From NCBI GenBank assembly GCA_016793265.1, contig JAEUHT010000041.1:1865-65864 (forward strand): a DNA stretch of 64,000 bases, read 5' to 3'. A model generated the notes under the pieces. It had not been told where the DNA came from. It saw only the letters and a program-made list of their open reading frames with translations, and did not search any database. The stretch is from Planctomycetota bacterium. GTDB taxonomy: Bacteria; Planctomycetota; UBA1135; UBA2386. Position 1 is the first letter of the stretch, and each line of letters begins with the position of its first letter. Made by a program: the position numbers and the translations under genes. This document shows positions 18,106-27,187 of the stretch, in pieces.

Positions 18106-19326
18106 ATGACGCGCATCGCCGACCTCATCCACGACTGGAACCAGACCGGCGGCACCTTCCGCCCCACCCGCCCACTGCAGTTCGACGACGAGACGCTGCG
18201 CGACGGCCTGCAGTCGCCGGCGGCCAGCGACCCGGTGCTCGAACAGAAGATGGACCTGATCGAGCGCATGGACCGGCTCGGCATCCACACCGCCAACCTC
18301 GGCCTGCCCGGCGCCGGCGAACGCCCGCGCGAGGACATCCTGCGGCTGACCAGGCACATCGTGAAGCAGCGCCTGCGCATCGGCGCCAACGTCGCCTGCC
18401 GCACGGTCGTCAGCGACATCGAGCCGGTCGTCGACATGACGCAGAAGGCCGGCATGCCGATCGAGGTGTGTGCCTTCATCGGCAGCAGCTACATCCGCCA
18501 GTTCGCCGAGGACTGGACGGTCGAACGCATGCTGAAGAACACGCGCGAGGCGCTTACGTTCGCGCAGCGGCACAACCTGCCGGTCATGTATGTGACCGAG
18601 GACACCACGCGGGCGCGGCCGGAGACGATCACCGCGCTCTACTCGACGGCGATCGAGCTCGGCGCCCGGCGCTTGTGTGTCTGTGACACCGTCGGCCACG
18701 CCACGCCGCAGGGCACGCGCGCGGTGGTGCGCTTCGTCCGCGAACTGGCCGACCAACACGACAAGACCATCGGCATCGACTGGCACGGCCACCGCGACCG
18801 CGACCTCGGCATCGCCAACTGCCTCGCCGCGATCGAAGCCGGGGCCGATCGTGTGCACGGCAGCGCGCTCGGCGTCGGCGAACGCGCCGGCAACGCGCCG
18901 ATGGACCTGCTGCTGGTCAACTGCCGGCTGATGGGCTGGATCGACAACGACCTGACCACGCTGCCGCAGTATGTGGCTGCGGCGGCCAAGGCGATCGAGG
19001 TCGTGTTGCCGCACAACTACCCGGTGTTCGGCGAGGACGCCTTCGAGACCGGCACCGGCGTGCACGCGGCGGCCGTGATCAAGGCGTTCAAGAAGGGCGA
19101 CGTCGAGCTCGCCGACGCGGTCTACTCGGGCGTGCCGGCCGGCATGGTCGGGCTCAGCCAGAAGATCGCGGTCGGGCCGATGGCCGGGAAATCCAACGCC
19201 GCATTCGTGCTCGAGCGGTTGGGCATCGAGCCGACCGAGCAGCGTATCCAAGACGTCCTTGCCGCCGGCAAGTCGAGCAAGCGGCTGCTGACCGACGACG
19301 AAGTGCGCCGCGCTGCTGGCGCCTGA
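18106..19326 (+). CDS. 2-isopropylmalate/homocitrate synthase family (short LeuA-like, no regulatory domain)
   Basis: DETLRDGLQ, CDTVG, HGHRD, GVGERAGN, GVHAAA; 406 aa. Confidence 0.88.
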   Translation: MTRIADLIHDWNQTGGTFRPTRPLQFDDETLRDGLQSPAASDPVLEQKMDLIERMDRLGIHTANLGLPGAGERPREDILRLTRHIVKQRLRIGANVACRTVVSDIEPVVDMTQKAGMPIEVCAFIGSSYIRQFAEDWTVERMLKNTREALTFAQRHNLPVMYVTEDTTRARPETITALYSTAIELGARRLCVCDTVGHATPQGTRAVVRFVRELADQHDKTIGIDWHGHRDRDLGIANCLAAIEAGADRVHGSALGVGERAGNAPMDLLLVNCRLMGWIDNDLTTLPQYVAAAAKAIEVVLPHNYPVFGEDAFETGTGVHAAAVIKAFKKGDVELADAVYSGVPAGMVGLSQKIAVGPMAGKSNAAFVLERLGIEPTEQRIQDVLAAGKSSKRLLTDDEVRRAAGA

Positions 19327-19351
19327 GCCGCGAAGGCCGCCTGACGGCCCA

Positions 19352-19377
19352 TCAAGTTCGCCGGCGCGAGGGCCGAT
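19352..19377 (+). promoter_or_regulatory. Sigma28 (FliA/WhiG)-like promoter of the Hpt gene
   Basis: TCAAG-N15-GCCGAT, 17 nt before ATG 19395. Confidence 0.55.
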
Positions 19378-19394
19378 CCATGGTCCGAGAACAC

Positions 19395-19757
19395 ATGGAT
19401 CCAGTGCTGGACATGAGCGTCGTCGAAGAGCTGCTGTCGATCACCGACGACGGCGATCCGGAACTGCTGCTGGACCTCGTGCAGATGTTCCTCGAAGACG
19501 GTCCGATCAAGGTGCGGGCCGTGATCGAGGGGGTCGCCGAAGGCGACTACGAGAAGGCCGAACGCGCGGCGCACTCGCTCAAGGGCTCCTCGGGCAACCT
19601 CGGTGCGCGCCAGCTGCAGAACATCTGCGAGCAGCTGCAGATCGCGACCCGCTACCAGAAGCGCGACGAGTCGAAGCAGCTGGCGGCGAGCCTCGGCGGC
19701 ACGTTCGAGCAGGCCGAGCTCGCCTTGCGCAAGCTGCTGGCGACCTACCAGGGCTGA
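19395..19757 (+). CDS. Stand-alone histidine phosphotransfer (Hpt) protein
   Basis: LVQMFLED, AAHSLKGSSGNLGA..L...C..L. Confidence 0.92.
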   Translation: MDPVLDMSVVEELLSITDDGDPELLLDLVQMFLEDGPIKVRAVIEGVAEGDYEKAERAAHSLKGSSGNLGARQLQNICEQLQIATRYQKRDESKQLAASLGGTFEQAELALRKLLATYQG

Positions 19758-19763
19758 GCGCGC

Positions 19764-20111
19764 CTACTCCGAGGCGGCGGCCGGACGCCGGCGCGCCGCG
19801 GACTTCGCCTGCTTGCGGTCGGCCTTGCCGGGCGCCTTGCCGGGCGTCTTGGCCGGAGCCTTGCCCTGGGCCTTCGCCGGCCGCGGAATCGCCACCGTCT
19901 TCTTCTTGCGGTTGCCGGTCTCGGCCTCGATCACGACATCGAGCACCGGCGCGTGGCCAGCAGCGGGCTCCCAGGTCGCAGCCATGCCGCGGTAGATGCA
20001 GCGGTGGCACTTGTGGAAGTTGCTGCCCTGGCGGGCGAGGCAGGTGTCGCAGCTGATCTGGTGGGTGATCAGGGGCGAGGCTGCGCCGGCGACGGTGGGA
20101 CAGGTTCTCAT
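19764..20111 (-). CDS. Small Cys-rich protein with basic K/A/P tail
   Basis: C..H..CDTC..HKCHRC then AKAQGKAPAKTPGKAPGKA; fills the gap between convergent genes; start 20111 or 20135. Confidence 0.6.
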   Translation of the reverse strand: MRTCPTVAGAASPLITHQISCDTCLARQGSNFHKCHRCIYRGMAATWEPAAGHAPVLDVVIEAETGNRKKKTVAIPRPAKAQGKAPAKTPGKAPGKADRKQAKSAARRRPAAASE

Positions 20112-20174
20112 GCAGGTGGAGTCCGGCGAGGGCACGCCGGGCAGGGCGGAAGAGTAGGCAGGATGCTGGCCCGG

Positions 20175-21005
20175 TCAACGACGCGGATCGCCGACACAAC
20201 GGCGCCAGAGCTCGCCGCAGGCGGCGACAGCGGCCGGCGCCCGGTGGCTGGAGCGCGACAGTTCGAAGCAGACCGGGCCGCCGTAACCAGCATTCTTCAG
20301 AGCAGTTAACGCTGCAGCGAAGTCGACGTCTCCGGCCCCCGGTTCGAGGTGTTCATGCTGGCCGCGCCGCATGTCCTCGAGGTGCACCTGGCACAAGAAC
20401 GGTGCGACGGCGCCGATGACATGGGCCGGCTCGCCTTCCCACACCGAATACAGGTGGCCGATGTCGAGGGTCAGACCGGGGGCCTCGTCGCCGAGTTCGT
20501 CACGCACCCGGTGCCAGTCGGCGACCGTCTCCACGAACATGCCGGGCTCGGGCTCCAACGACGGCTCCAGCCCTTCGGCCCGGATGCGCCGGCACGACTC
20601 CCGGACGCCGTCCAGCATGCGGAGCCGGGAATCACTCCCCGGCTGCCGGTCGATGCCGGTCCAGAACGAAACCACCCGCGCCCCGAGCCGCGCCCCCATC
20701 GCCGCCGTGCGGCTGGTGTAGTCGAGGCGGCGCTGCCGCGCCGGCCCAGGCGTCATCAGGGTCGGCTCGTGTTTGACGCGCGCATCGAGCAGGAAGCGGG
20801 CCCCGGTCTCCATCACCGGTTCGAGGCCGAGGTCGGCGAGCTGCCGCGCCAGATCGGCGAGCTGGCCTGGGCTCGTCGTCGCTGGATCGAGGTGGCAGGT
20901 GTCCGGCGTCAGGCCGACGGCGCGGTAGCCGTGCTGCGCGAGCAGGGCCAAGCCGTCGCCGAGGCGGTGGTTCTGCAGGCCGTTGCTCTGGTAGCCGAGC
21001 CGCAT
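20175..21005 (-). CDS. Sugar-phosphate isomerase/epimerase (xylose-isomerase-like TIM barrel)
   Basis: LEPEPG, LTLDIGH, VHLEDM, HEHLEPGAGDVDF, CFEL metal ligands. Confidence 0.88.
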   Translation of the reverse strand: MRLGYQSNGLQNHRLGDGLALLAQHGYRAVGLTPDTCHLDPATTSPGQLADLARQLADLGLEPVMETGARFLLDARVKHEPTLMTPGPARQRRLDYTSRTAAMGARLGARVVSFWTGIDRQPGSDSRLRMLDGVRESCRRIRAEGLEPSLEPEPGMFVETVADWHRVRDELGDEAPGLTLDIGHLYSVWEGEPAHVIGAVAPFLCQVHLEDMRRGQHEHLEPGAGDVDFAAALTALKNAGYGGPVCFELSRSSHRAPAAVAACGELWRRCVGDPRR

Positions 21006-21009
21006 CGAC

Positions 21010-21564
21010 TCACGTGCCGCCGTTCATGCGCACCTTCTTCTCGAGCTTGGCGTACTCGCCGAACAGCTTCTCCAGCGTCATGTACTCGGCCGGCTGCGCC
21101 CAATCCTCGAACTGCGCCTCCTCCTGCCACAGCAGCGGCTTCTCCAGCGCCTTCTTGAGTTCGTCGAGCTTGGCCTTGGCGACCGATTGCAGCTCGCGGG
21201 CTTTGTGGTTGTCGCCGGCCGAACGCGCGGTGACGCCCTGGTTGCAGCTGGCCGTGGCAGCGTCGAGCAGCGTGCGCGCCTGCTGCAGCATCTCGCTCGT
21301 CAGCGCCGGCGCCGGCTTGCTCGGGGCCTTGCCCGCCTTGGCGGCGGCGAGCTGCACGGGGTTCGGCGCCGGCGTCGGCGCCGCGGCCTTCGGCGCCGGG
21401 ACCGGCGTATTGGCCGGGGTGGCGTTCGTGCCGCCGCCGCTGTTCATGACCACGAGCAGCACGACGACGACGGCGAGGCCGACGCCGCCGAGCACCATCG
21501 GCATGTGGTTGGACTTGGGCTGGGACGGGCGGCTCCTGCCGCGGGAAGGGGTGCGCGAGGCCAT
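21010..21564 (-). CDS. Hypothetical single-TM protein with Pro/Ala linker and helical domain
   Basis: Basic N-terminus, TM helix, PA-rich linker; strongly coding codon usage. Confidence 0.75.
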   Translation of the reverse strand: MASRTPSRGRSRPSQPKSNHMPMVLGGVGLAVVVVLLVVMNSGGGTNATPANTPVPAPKAAAPTPAPNPVQLAAAKAGKAPSKPAPALTSEMLQQARTLLDAATASCNQGVTARSAGDNHKARELQSVAKAKLDELKKALEKPLLWQEEAQFEDWAQPAEYMTLEKLFGEYAKLEKKVRMNGGT

Positions 21565-21709
21565 GGGAGGCCGCAGGTTCTACCCGTCCGCGACGGGCGC
21601 CGGAAGGTGCGGGAACGCCGGCGCCACGCCGAGCCGGCCCAAGCCACAGAGGCGGCCTCGCCAGGAGCACTCGACGCATCCTGGCCGGGAGCTGCCTAGC
21701 ATGCCGTCG

Positions 21710-22813
21710 ATGCCCGGCCCGTTGCGCCCCCGCCTGTTGCTCGCCACCGCCGTGACCACGCTGGCCGCGGGCATCGCCTTCTGGGTCTACGGCACGTTCG
21801 GCGGGCCGCGCAGCACCATGCAGGTGACCAAGGCGGCGGACGACACCGAGCTCACCTGGCGCGGACAGGACGCGTTCGTCGTCGACGCCGTGGCAGGCCT
21901 GCGGCCGCGCGCCCGAACCACGATCCGGCTGCCGACCGTCGGCATCGGCCCCGACGAACCGAGAGAGACCGTCAAGCACCGCGACCGCTTCGGCTTCCTG
22001 CGCGAGGACGAACTGCCCGAGCCGATCGACCGGCCGTGTGTGCTCGTGCTCGGCGACAGCCACATCGACGGCGTCGTCGACACCGCCGACAACGTCAGTA
22101 CGCGGCTCGAACGGAGCAGCGAGGCCGACGGCCAGCCCGTGCGCGTGCTCAACGCCGCCTGCGGCATGTATGGTCTGTGGCAACACAACCTGCGCGGGCG
22201 GGTGCTGCTCGATCGCTTCCGGCCGCGGGTGGTCGTCGTCGTGGTCTTCCTCGGCAACGACTTCCTCGACCTCGAGAACCCGACCATGCCGCATCTCGAC
22301 GATGCGCTGCGGGAACAACCCGAGGGCACGCTCGACAGCGCCGAGGCGGTGCGGCAACGCCGGCGCGACCTGGACCTGCCGGAGGACCGCCAGATGCTGT
22401 TCTGGCAGGGGCTCGACCAAGCGCGCTTCCTGCAGCAGCAGCCGGAGCGGCGGCCGTTCCTGCTGGCCAAGGCGAAGCACGCGGTCGAAGCGCTCGAAGC
22501 GGCAGCGGCGGCGCACGGCGCCAAGGTGCTCTGGGCACTGCTGCCGTCGTACGACCTCGTCTTCCCCGAGCGCACGGCGGCGCTGAGTGCGGTCGCGGCG
22601 CAGGTGGTGGCGAGCGGCGCGCAGCGGCAGATGCGCGATCAGTTCGTGCGCCTGCTGACGCAGCGGCAGGCCACGATCGTCGACTTCGAGCCGACCTTCC
22701 GTGCCAAGGGCGGCTCGACGCTCTACGCCAGCGACTTCCACGTCTACCGGCGCGGGCACGAGCTGATGGCCGAAGCCCTGCAGGCGCCGCTGCGCACGCT
22801 GCTCGGGCGCTGA
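21710..22813 (+). CDS. SGNH/GDSL hydrolase-like (AlgX/AlgJ-like) membrane-anchored protein
   Basis: VLGDSH, VLNAA, FLGND, DFHVYRRGH (DxH); N-terminal TM; start inferred from TAGCAT box. Confidence 0.8.
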   Translation: MPGPLRPRLLLATAVTTLAAGIAFWVYGTFGGPRSTMQVTKAADDTELTWRGQDAFVVDAVAGLRPRARTTIRLPTVGIGPDEPRETVKHRDRFGFLREDELPEPIDRPCVLVLGDSHIDGVVDTADNVSTRLERSSEADGQPVRVLNAACGMYGLWQHNLRGRVLLDRFRPRVVVVVVFLGNDFLDLENPTMPHLDDALREQPEGTLDSAEAVRQRRRDLDLPEDRQMLFWQGLDQARFLQQQPERRPFLLAKAKHAVEALEAAAAAHGAKVLWALLPSYDLVFPERTAALSAVAAQVVASGAQRQMRDQFVRLLTQRQATIVDFEPTFRAKGGSTLYASDFHVYRRGHELMAEALQAPLRTLLGR

Positions 22814-24121
22814 TCAGCGCCGCCGCAGCACCGCGTGGAAGCCGCCGTCGTGCTGGCCGGCCGCCGGCAGCGTCCGTTGGCGCACGACGACCTCGCAGGG
22901 CGGCGTCGACGGCGCCGCCAGCACCGCGTCGACGACGGCGTCGTTCTCCTCGTGGTCGATCGAACACGTCGAGTAGACGACGGCGCCACCGGGGCGGGCG
23001 AGGCCGATCGCCTGCGTGAGGATCGTGCGCTGGGTCGCCGCCATGGCCGCGAACGTCGCCGGCGACAGGCGCAGACGCACCTCGACGCGGCGGCCGAGCA
23101 CGCCGGTGTTGGAGCACGGCACGTCGGCGAGCACCGCGGCGGCGTCGCGCGGCAGGTCGGCGGCATCGTCGACGACGCGCACGACGTCACCGAGGTGCAG
23201 ACGCTGCACGTTCTCGACGATGCGCCGGCGGCGATGCGCGTCGACGTCGAAGGCGAAGACGCGGCCCGGCCGCGCCCGTTCGGCGAGCAGCGTGGTCTTG
23301 GTGCCGGGCGCCGCGCAGAGGTCGATCACGGTGTCGCCGGCCGCGACCGGCACCGCCAGCGCCGCGCGCATCGCCGTCGGGTCCTGCACCACGAACTGGC
23401 CGCGGGTGAACGCGGCGGTGGAGAACGGCGAGTTGCCGCCGGACCAGCGCAGCAACCGCGGCGTCGCCGTGGCCTCGACCTCGACGCCCTGTTCGCGCAG
23501 CGTGGCTGCCAGCGCCGCCGCGTCGGCGTCCGCCGCGGCCCGCAGGAACACGCCCGGCACTTCGCTGGCCGCGGCGGCGATGCCGCGCACGGCGTCGAGG
23601 CCGAGCCGTTCGCACCAACGCGCGACGAGGAAGTCCGGCAGCGAGTGCACGATGGCGAGCCGGGCGGCCTCGTCGTCGGGCAGCGGCTTCGCCAGGTGCA
23701 GCACGCGCGAGTCGCTGAGCGCGAGCTCGGTCCGATCCCCTGCATCGGCGGTGCCGAGGTCGATGTTGCCGGCCAGGCGCCGCAGCAGGGCGTTGGCGAA
23801 GCCGCGGTTGGACCGCACCAACTCGACGGTCTCGTGCACCGCGGCGTGCGCCGGCATGCCGGCCACGAACAGCAGCTGGTAGGCGCCGAGGCGCAGCGCC
23901 GTCAGCAGCTGGGCGTCACGCGGCAGCCCGCGGTGGGCGAGCCCGTTCAGCACGAAGTCGAGCAGCCGTTCCCGGCGCAGCACGCCGTGCGCGAGCTCGA
24001 ACGCGAACGCCATCTCGCGCGGCTCCAGGCGGCCGGTGTCGAGCACCGCGCGCAGGCGGTCGGCGCGGCCGCGGGCCAGCGACGTCAACGCATGCAGCGC
24101 CAGGCCCCGCGCGTTGACCAT
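22814..24121 (-). CDS. rsmB: 16S rRNA m5C967 methyltransferase RsmB/Sun
   Basis: NusB-like N-terminus (LRLGAYQL, AVHETVEL, FANALLR); VQD, DLCAAPGTKT, DVPCSNTG, YSTCSI..EEN. Confidence 0.9.
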   Translation of the reverse strand: MVNARGLALHALTSLARGRADRLRAVLDTGRLEPREMAFAFELAHGVLRRERLLDFVLNGLAHRGLPRDAQLLTALRLGAYQLLFVAGMPAHAAVHETVELVRSNRGFANALLRRLAGNIDLGTADAGDRTELALSDSRVLHLAKPLPDDEAARLAIVHSLPDFLVARWCERLGLDAVRGIAAAASEVPGVFLRAAADADAAALAATLREQGVEVEATATPRLLRWSGGNSPFSTAAFTRGQFVVQDPTAMRAALAVPVAAGDTVIDLCAAPGTKTTLLAERARPGRVFAFDVDAHRRRRIVENVQRLHLGDVVRVVDDAADLPRDAAAVLADVPCSNTGVLGRRVEVRLRLSPATFAAMAATQRTILTQAIGLARPGGAVVYSTCSIDHEENDAVVDAVLAAPSTPPCEVVVRQRTLPAAGQHDGGFHAVLRRR

Positions 24122-24123
24122 CG

Positions 24124-25056
24124 TCAGCCGAAGCGTGCGTCGGGGGCGATGTGGTGCCCGCGCACGAACTCACCCGCCGTCATGTTGCGGCCGTTGTCCG
24201 GCTTGATGCGGGTGATGCGGTAGAGGTCCTTGCCGGTGCAGACCCGGATGCCCTCTTCGCCCGACGACTGCAGGCCGCCCGGGATGCCCATGCCGTAGAG
24301 GTCCTGCTCGACGGTGCCCTCGATGACGATGAAGCGCTTGTTGCCGAGCCGGGTCTGCGCGCCGGGCTTCGGCGTCATCGCCCGCACCAGCAGGTCGACC
24401 TCGCGCGCCGGCAGCCGCCAGTCGATGACGCCGTGCTCCTTCTCGACCTTGGGCGCGTAGGTGGCCTTGGCGGCATCCTGTGGGGTGAACTTCGCCTTGC
24501 CGCTGTCGAGCAGGCCGAGGGCGTCGACGAGCGCCTTGCCCGACAGTTCGGCGAGCCGGTCGCGCAGCCCGCCGGCGTTCTCGCGCGGACCGATCGGCGT
24601 GCGCTCTTGCAGCAGCACGTCGCCGGCATCGAGCTGCTCGATGATGCGCATGATGGTGACGCCGGTCTCCGCCTGGCCGTCGCGGATCGCGCGCTGGATC
24701 GGCGCCGCGCCGCGGTAGAGCGGCAGCAGCGAGGCGTGGGCGTTGATCATGCCGAGCTTCGGCAGAGCGATCAGTTCGGGCTTCAGGATGACGCCGTAGC
24801 TGATGACGACGCCGATGTCCGGCTTCAGCTCGCGCAGGCGGTCGAGGAAGGCCGGGTCGTGCGGATCGGCCGGCTGCTCGAACGGCAGCGACAGCTCCTG
24901 GGCCGCCAGCTTGACCTCGCTGTCGTAGATCTTGCGGCCGCGACCACGCGGTGCGTCCGGCTTGGTAACGACCAGGGCGGGGGCCAGGCCAGCGCTCTTC
25001 AGCGCCGTCAGGGACGGGATCGCGAAGTCACTGCTGCCGAAGAAGACGATGCGCAA
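24124..25056 (-). CDS. fmt: Methionyl-tRNA formyltransferase
   Basis: IVFFGSSDFA, VTKPD, NAHASLLPLYRGAAPIQ, LDAGD, TYAPK; TTG start inferred. Confidence 0.95.
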   Translation of the reverse strand: MRIVFFGSSDFAIPSLTALKSAGLAPALVVTKPDAPRGRGRKIYDSEVKLAAQELSLPFEQPADPHDPAFLDRLRELKPDIGVVISYGVILKPELIALPKLGMINAHASLLPLYRGAAPIQRAIRDGQAETGVTIMRIIEQLDAGDVLLQERTPIGPRENAGGLRDRLAELSGKALVDALGLLDSGKAKFTPQDAAKATYAPKVEKEHGVIDWRLPAREVDLLVRAMTPKPGAQTRLGNKRFIVIEGTVEQDLYGMGIPGGLQSSGEEGIRVCTGKDLYRITRIKPDNGRNMTAGEFVRGHHIAPDARFG

Positions 25057-25174
25057 AGTGGGAGGCCTTGGGGAAATCTGCTGGGGGCGCACGACCGCGC
25101 CAGGACCGTGGGCCGAGAAGGGTAGCCACGGTGCGCATTTGCCGCAAACCTGGCGCAGTTGGCGACGACCCGAC

Positions 25175-26002
25175 ATGGAGTGGCAGAGCCGCCGCCCCCA
25201 GAATGCGCCGGTGCCGCTCCCTCCCCACGTCCCCATGGTCCGGCTCGCCGCGTTCGCGCCGGTCGCCTCGCGCTCGTTGCTCCTGTTCGGGTGCCCGGCC
25301 GAGCTGGTCCTGGTACCCGGCCGCAAGGCGCGCGGCGACACCGCCGACGCCGCCCGCCCTGCCTTCCGCCGTTCTCCCGCACCACGCATCGTCGCCGAAG
25401 AGGCGCTGTGGCGCGGCGAGGGCTTCGTCATCACCCCGAACCGGTTCCCGTTCGGCCGGGGTCAGCAGCTGCTGTGGCCCGAGGCCGGTGGTCGCGAACC
25501 CGACGCCACTTTCTGGCTCGCGACCAATACCTGGGCCGATGCGGCCGGCGGCTCCGTGCTGCACAACACCGTTGGCGCCGCCGCTTCGATCGCGCGGGCG
25601 CACGTGCACTTGCTGGCCGAACGGCTGCCGTTCCTGGCCGGGCTCGCCGAGGCACCGGTCGGCAGTGATCTCATCACCGTGCCGCTCGGCGCGACCCTGG
25701 TGCGCAAGCTGGCGCCGTTCTGCCTGCTGGGAGTGCGTGGTTCTCCGGCCGCGCGCGCCGCGGGGCTCGCGGCGCTGGCGGAGGCGCGGCTGACCGCGGC
25801 CTGCAACGTGGTCGTGCAGGACGGCACCGCGTGGCTGTTCCCGCGCCGCGAGGAGACGCCGGCGCCGCACTTCCCGCAGGCGCTCGGCGCCGCCGAGGTG
25901 TGGGGCCGCTGGTGCTACGTCGACGAACGCGACTTCGCCGCCGCGACCGCCAGCGACCTCGAACAGGCGCTCGTGCGTGCCGGCATGCCGGTCATCGACT
26001 GA
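25175..26002 (+). CDS. Hypothetical HIT-like nucleotide phosphorylase (GDP-sugar phosphorylase/Ap4A phosphorylase/DUF4922-like)
   Basis: ITPNRFPF and HNTVGAAASIARAHVH resemble N..P and N..GAxAS..HxHxQ motifs; start uncertain. Confidence 0.55.
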   Translation: MEWQSRRPQNAPVPLPPHVPMVRLAAFAPVASRSLLLFGCPAELVLVPGRKARGDTADAARPAFRRSPAPRIVAEEALWRGEGFVITPNRFPFGRGQQLLWPEAGGREPDATFWLATNTWADAAGGSVLHNTVGAAASIARAHVHLLAERLPFLAGLAEAPVGSDLITVPLGATLVRKLAPFCLLGVRGSPAARAAGLAALAEARLTAACNVVVQDGTAWLFPRREETPAPHFPQALGAAEVWGRWCYVDERDFAAATASDLEQALVRAGMPVID

Positions 26003-26014
26003 CGGGCGCTGCGG

Positions 26015-27061
26015 TCACTTCGTGCCGGCGGCAGCGGGCGTCGCCTTGGCGAACAGCGCGCGCGACATCGGCAGCAGGCCCAGGTCGCGCACCTTCGCCT
26101 CGCGTTCCTCGACGGCGGCGTGCTGCTGCGTGAGCTCGGCGATCTGCTTGTCGAGCTTGACGGCCTTCTCCGACGCCGGCCCTTCGTTGGCCCGCACCTC
26201 CAGCAGCTTCTCGCTGAGTTCGCGCTTGCGCTTGTCGAGCGCGTCGAAGTCGTCGAGGCACGACAGCCACGCCTTCAGCGCCTTCTGCGAGCTCTTTGCA
26301 TAGCGCTGCTCGACCACCGCGGCGAGCGCGCGCGCCATCGCGGCCGGCGTCTGGTCGCCGCCGAAGAAGACCGGCGCCGCGCCGGGCTCGGCCAGCAGGA
26401 ACAGGTGCGGCCACAGGCCCTTCTGGTCCTGCTCCGCGAACACGTTGAAGAACGGGTGCGCCGGCTGCGTCACGTGCGGCGGCAGCTTCACGGTGCGGAA
26501 CCACTTCGTCAGCAGCATCGTGCGGTCGTTGTTCACCGAACGGCTGAGCAGCGCATAGTCGTTGCCCTGGCACTGGTCGCACTCCCGCAGCACGAGCAGC
26601 GGCCGGTCGTCGCCCTGGCCCCACAACACTTCGAGCGCTTCCAGGTACGGCAGCGGGCCGACGGCTGCCGTGCCCTCGCCGCTGCGATCCGGCGGCACCG
26701 GGTGCAGCCAATCGATACGGAGACGCTGCTTCGACGTCTCCCCGCGCTCGAAGTCGATCGCCATGCCGCGCGCGCCCGTGGTCGGTCCCTTGGCCATCGG
26801 CTTCGGCGCGCTGGCGCGCGGCGTGATCGGGCCAGTGGTCGCCGGCCCCGGCGCACCGGGCGCCGGCGCGGCGGGCCCGGCCGGCGACGGTGCCGAAGGT
26901 GCCGAGGGCTTGGCTGGTGTCGTTGGCCTGCCGACCGGGCCCGTGATGTTGTCGTACTTCATCGGCTCGCGCGGCGGCATGTGCGGCGCGCATTGCGCAG
27001 AGGCAGCTCCGACGAAGACACTCGCGGCCAGCACCGCGGTAACGAAGTTCTCGTTCCTCAT
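26015..27061 (-). CDS. Secreted hypothetical protein with CxxC thioredoxin-like core and C-terminal coiled coil
   Basis: AGGAG SD; signal peptide; Pro-rich linker; RPLLVLRECDQC. Confidence 0.7.
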   Translation of the reverse strand: MRNENFVTAVLAASVFVGAASAQCAPHMPPREPMKYDNITGPVGRPTTPAKPSAPSAPSPAGPAAPAPGAPGPATTGPITPRASAPKPMAKGPTTGARGMAIDFERGETSKQRLRIDWLHPVPPDRSGEGTAAVGPLPYLEALEVLWGQGDDRPLLVLRECDQCQGNDYALLSRSVNNDRTMLLTKWFRTVKLPPHVTQPAHPFFNVFAEQDQKGLWPHLFLLAEPGAAPVFFGGDQTPAAMARALAAVVEQRYAKSSQKALKAWLSCLDDFDALDKRKRELSEKLLEVRANEGPASEKAVKLDKQIAELTQQHAAVEEREAKVRDLGLLPMSRALFAKATPAAAGTK

Positions 27062-27187
27062 TGGCGATCTCCTGAAGGCTCGGCGTGGGACGCGCCGGAC
27101 GAAGAGGGGAGCCACGCATCGGTGGCAGGCGACCACGAACTCAGACCAGGGACGGGAGCATAGCGTTAGCAGTCCGGCCCGGGCAGA

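Noticed and set aside
21014-21709. N-terminal extension of the SGNH ORF
   Set aside because: Antisense to the 21010-21564 gene; the TM segment and -10 box place the start near 21710.
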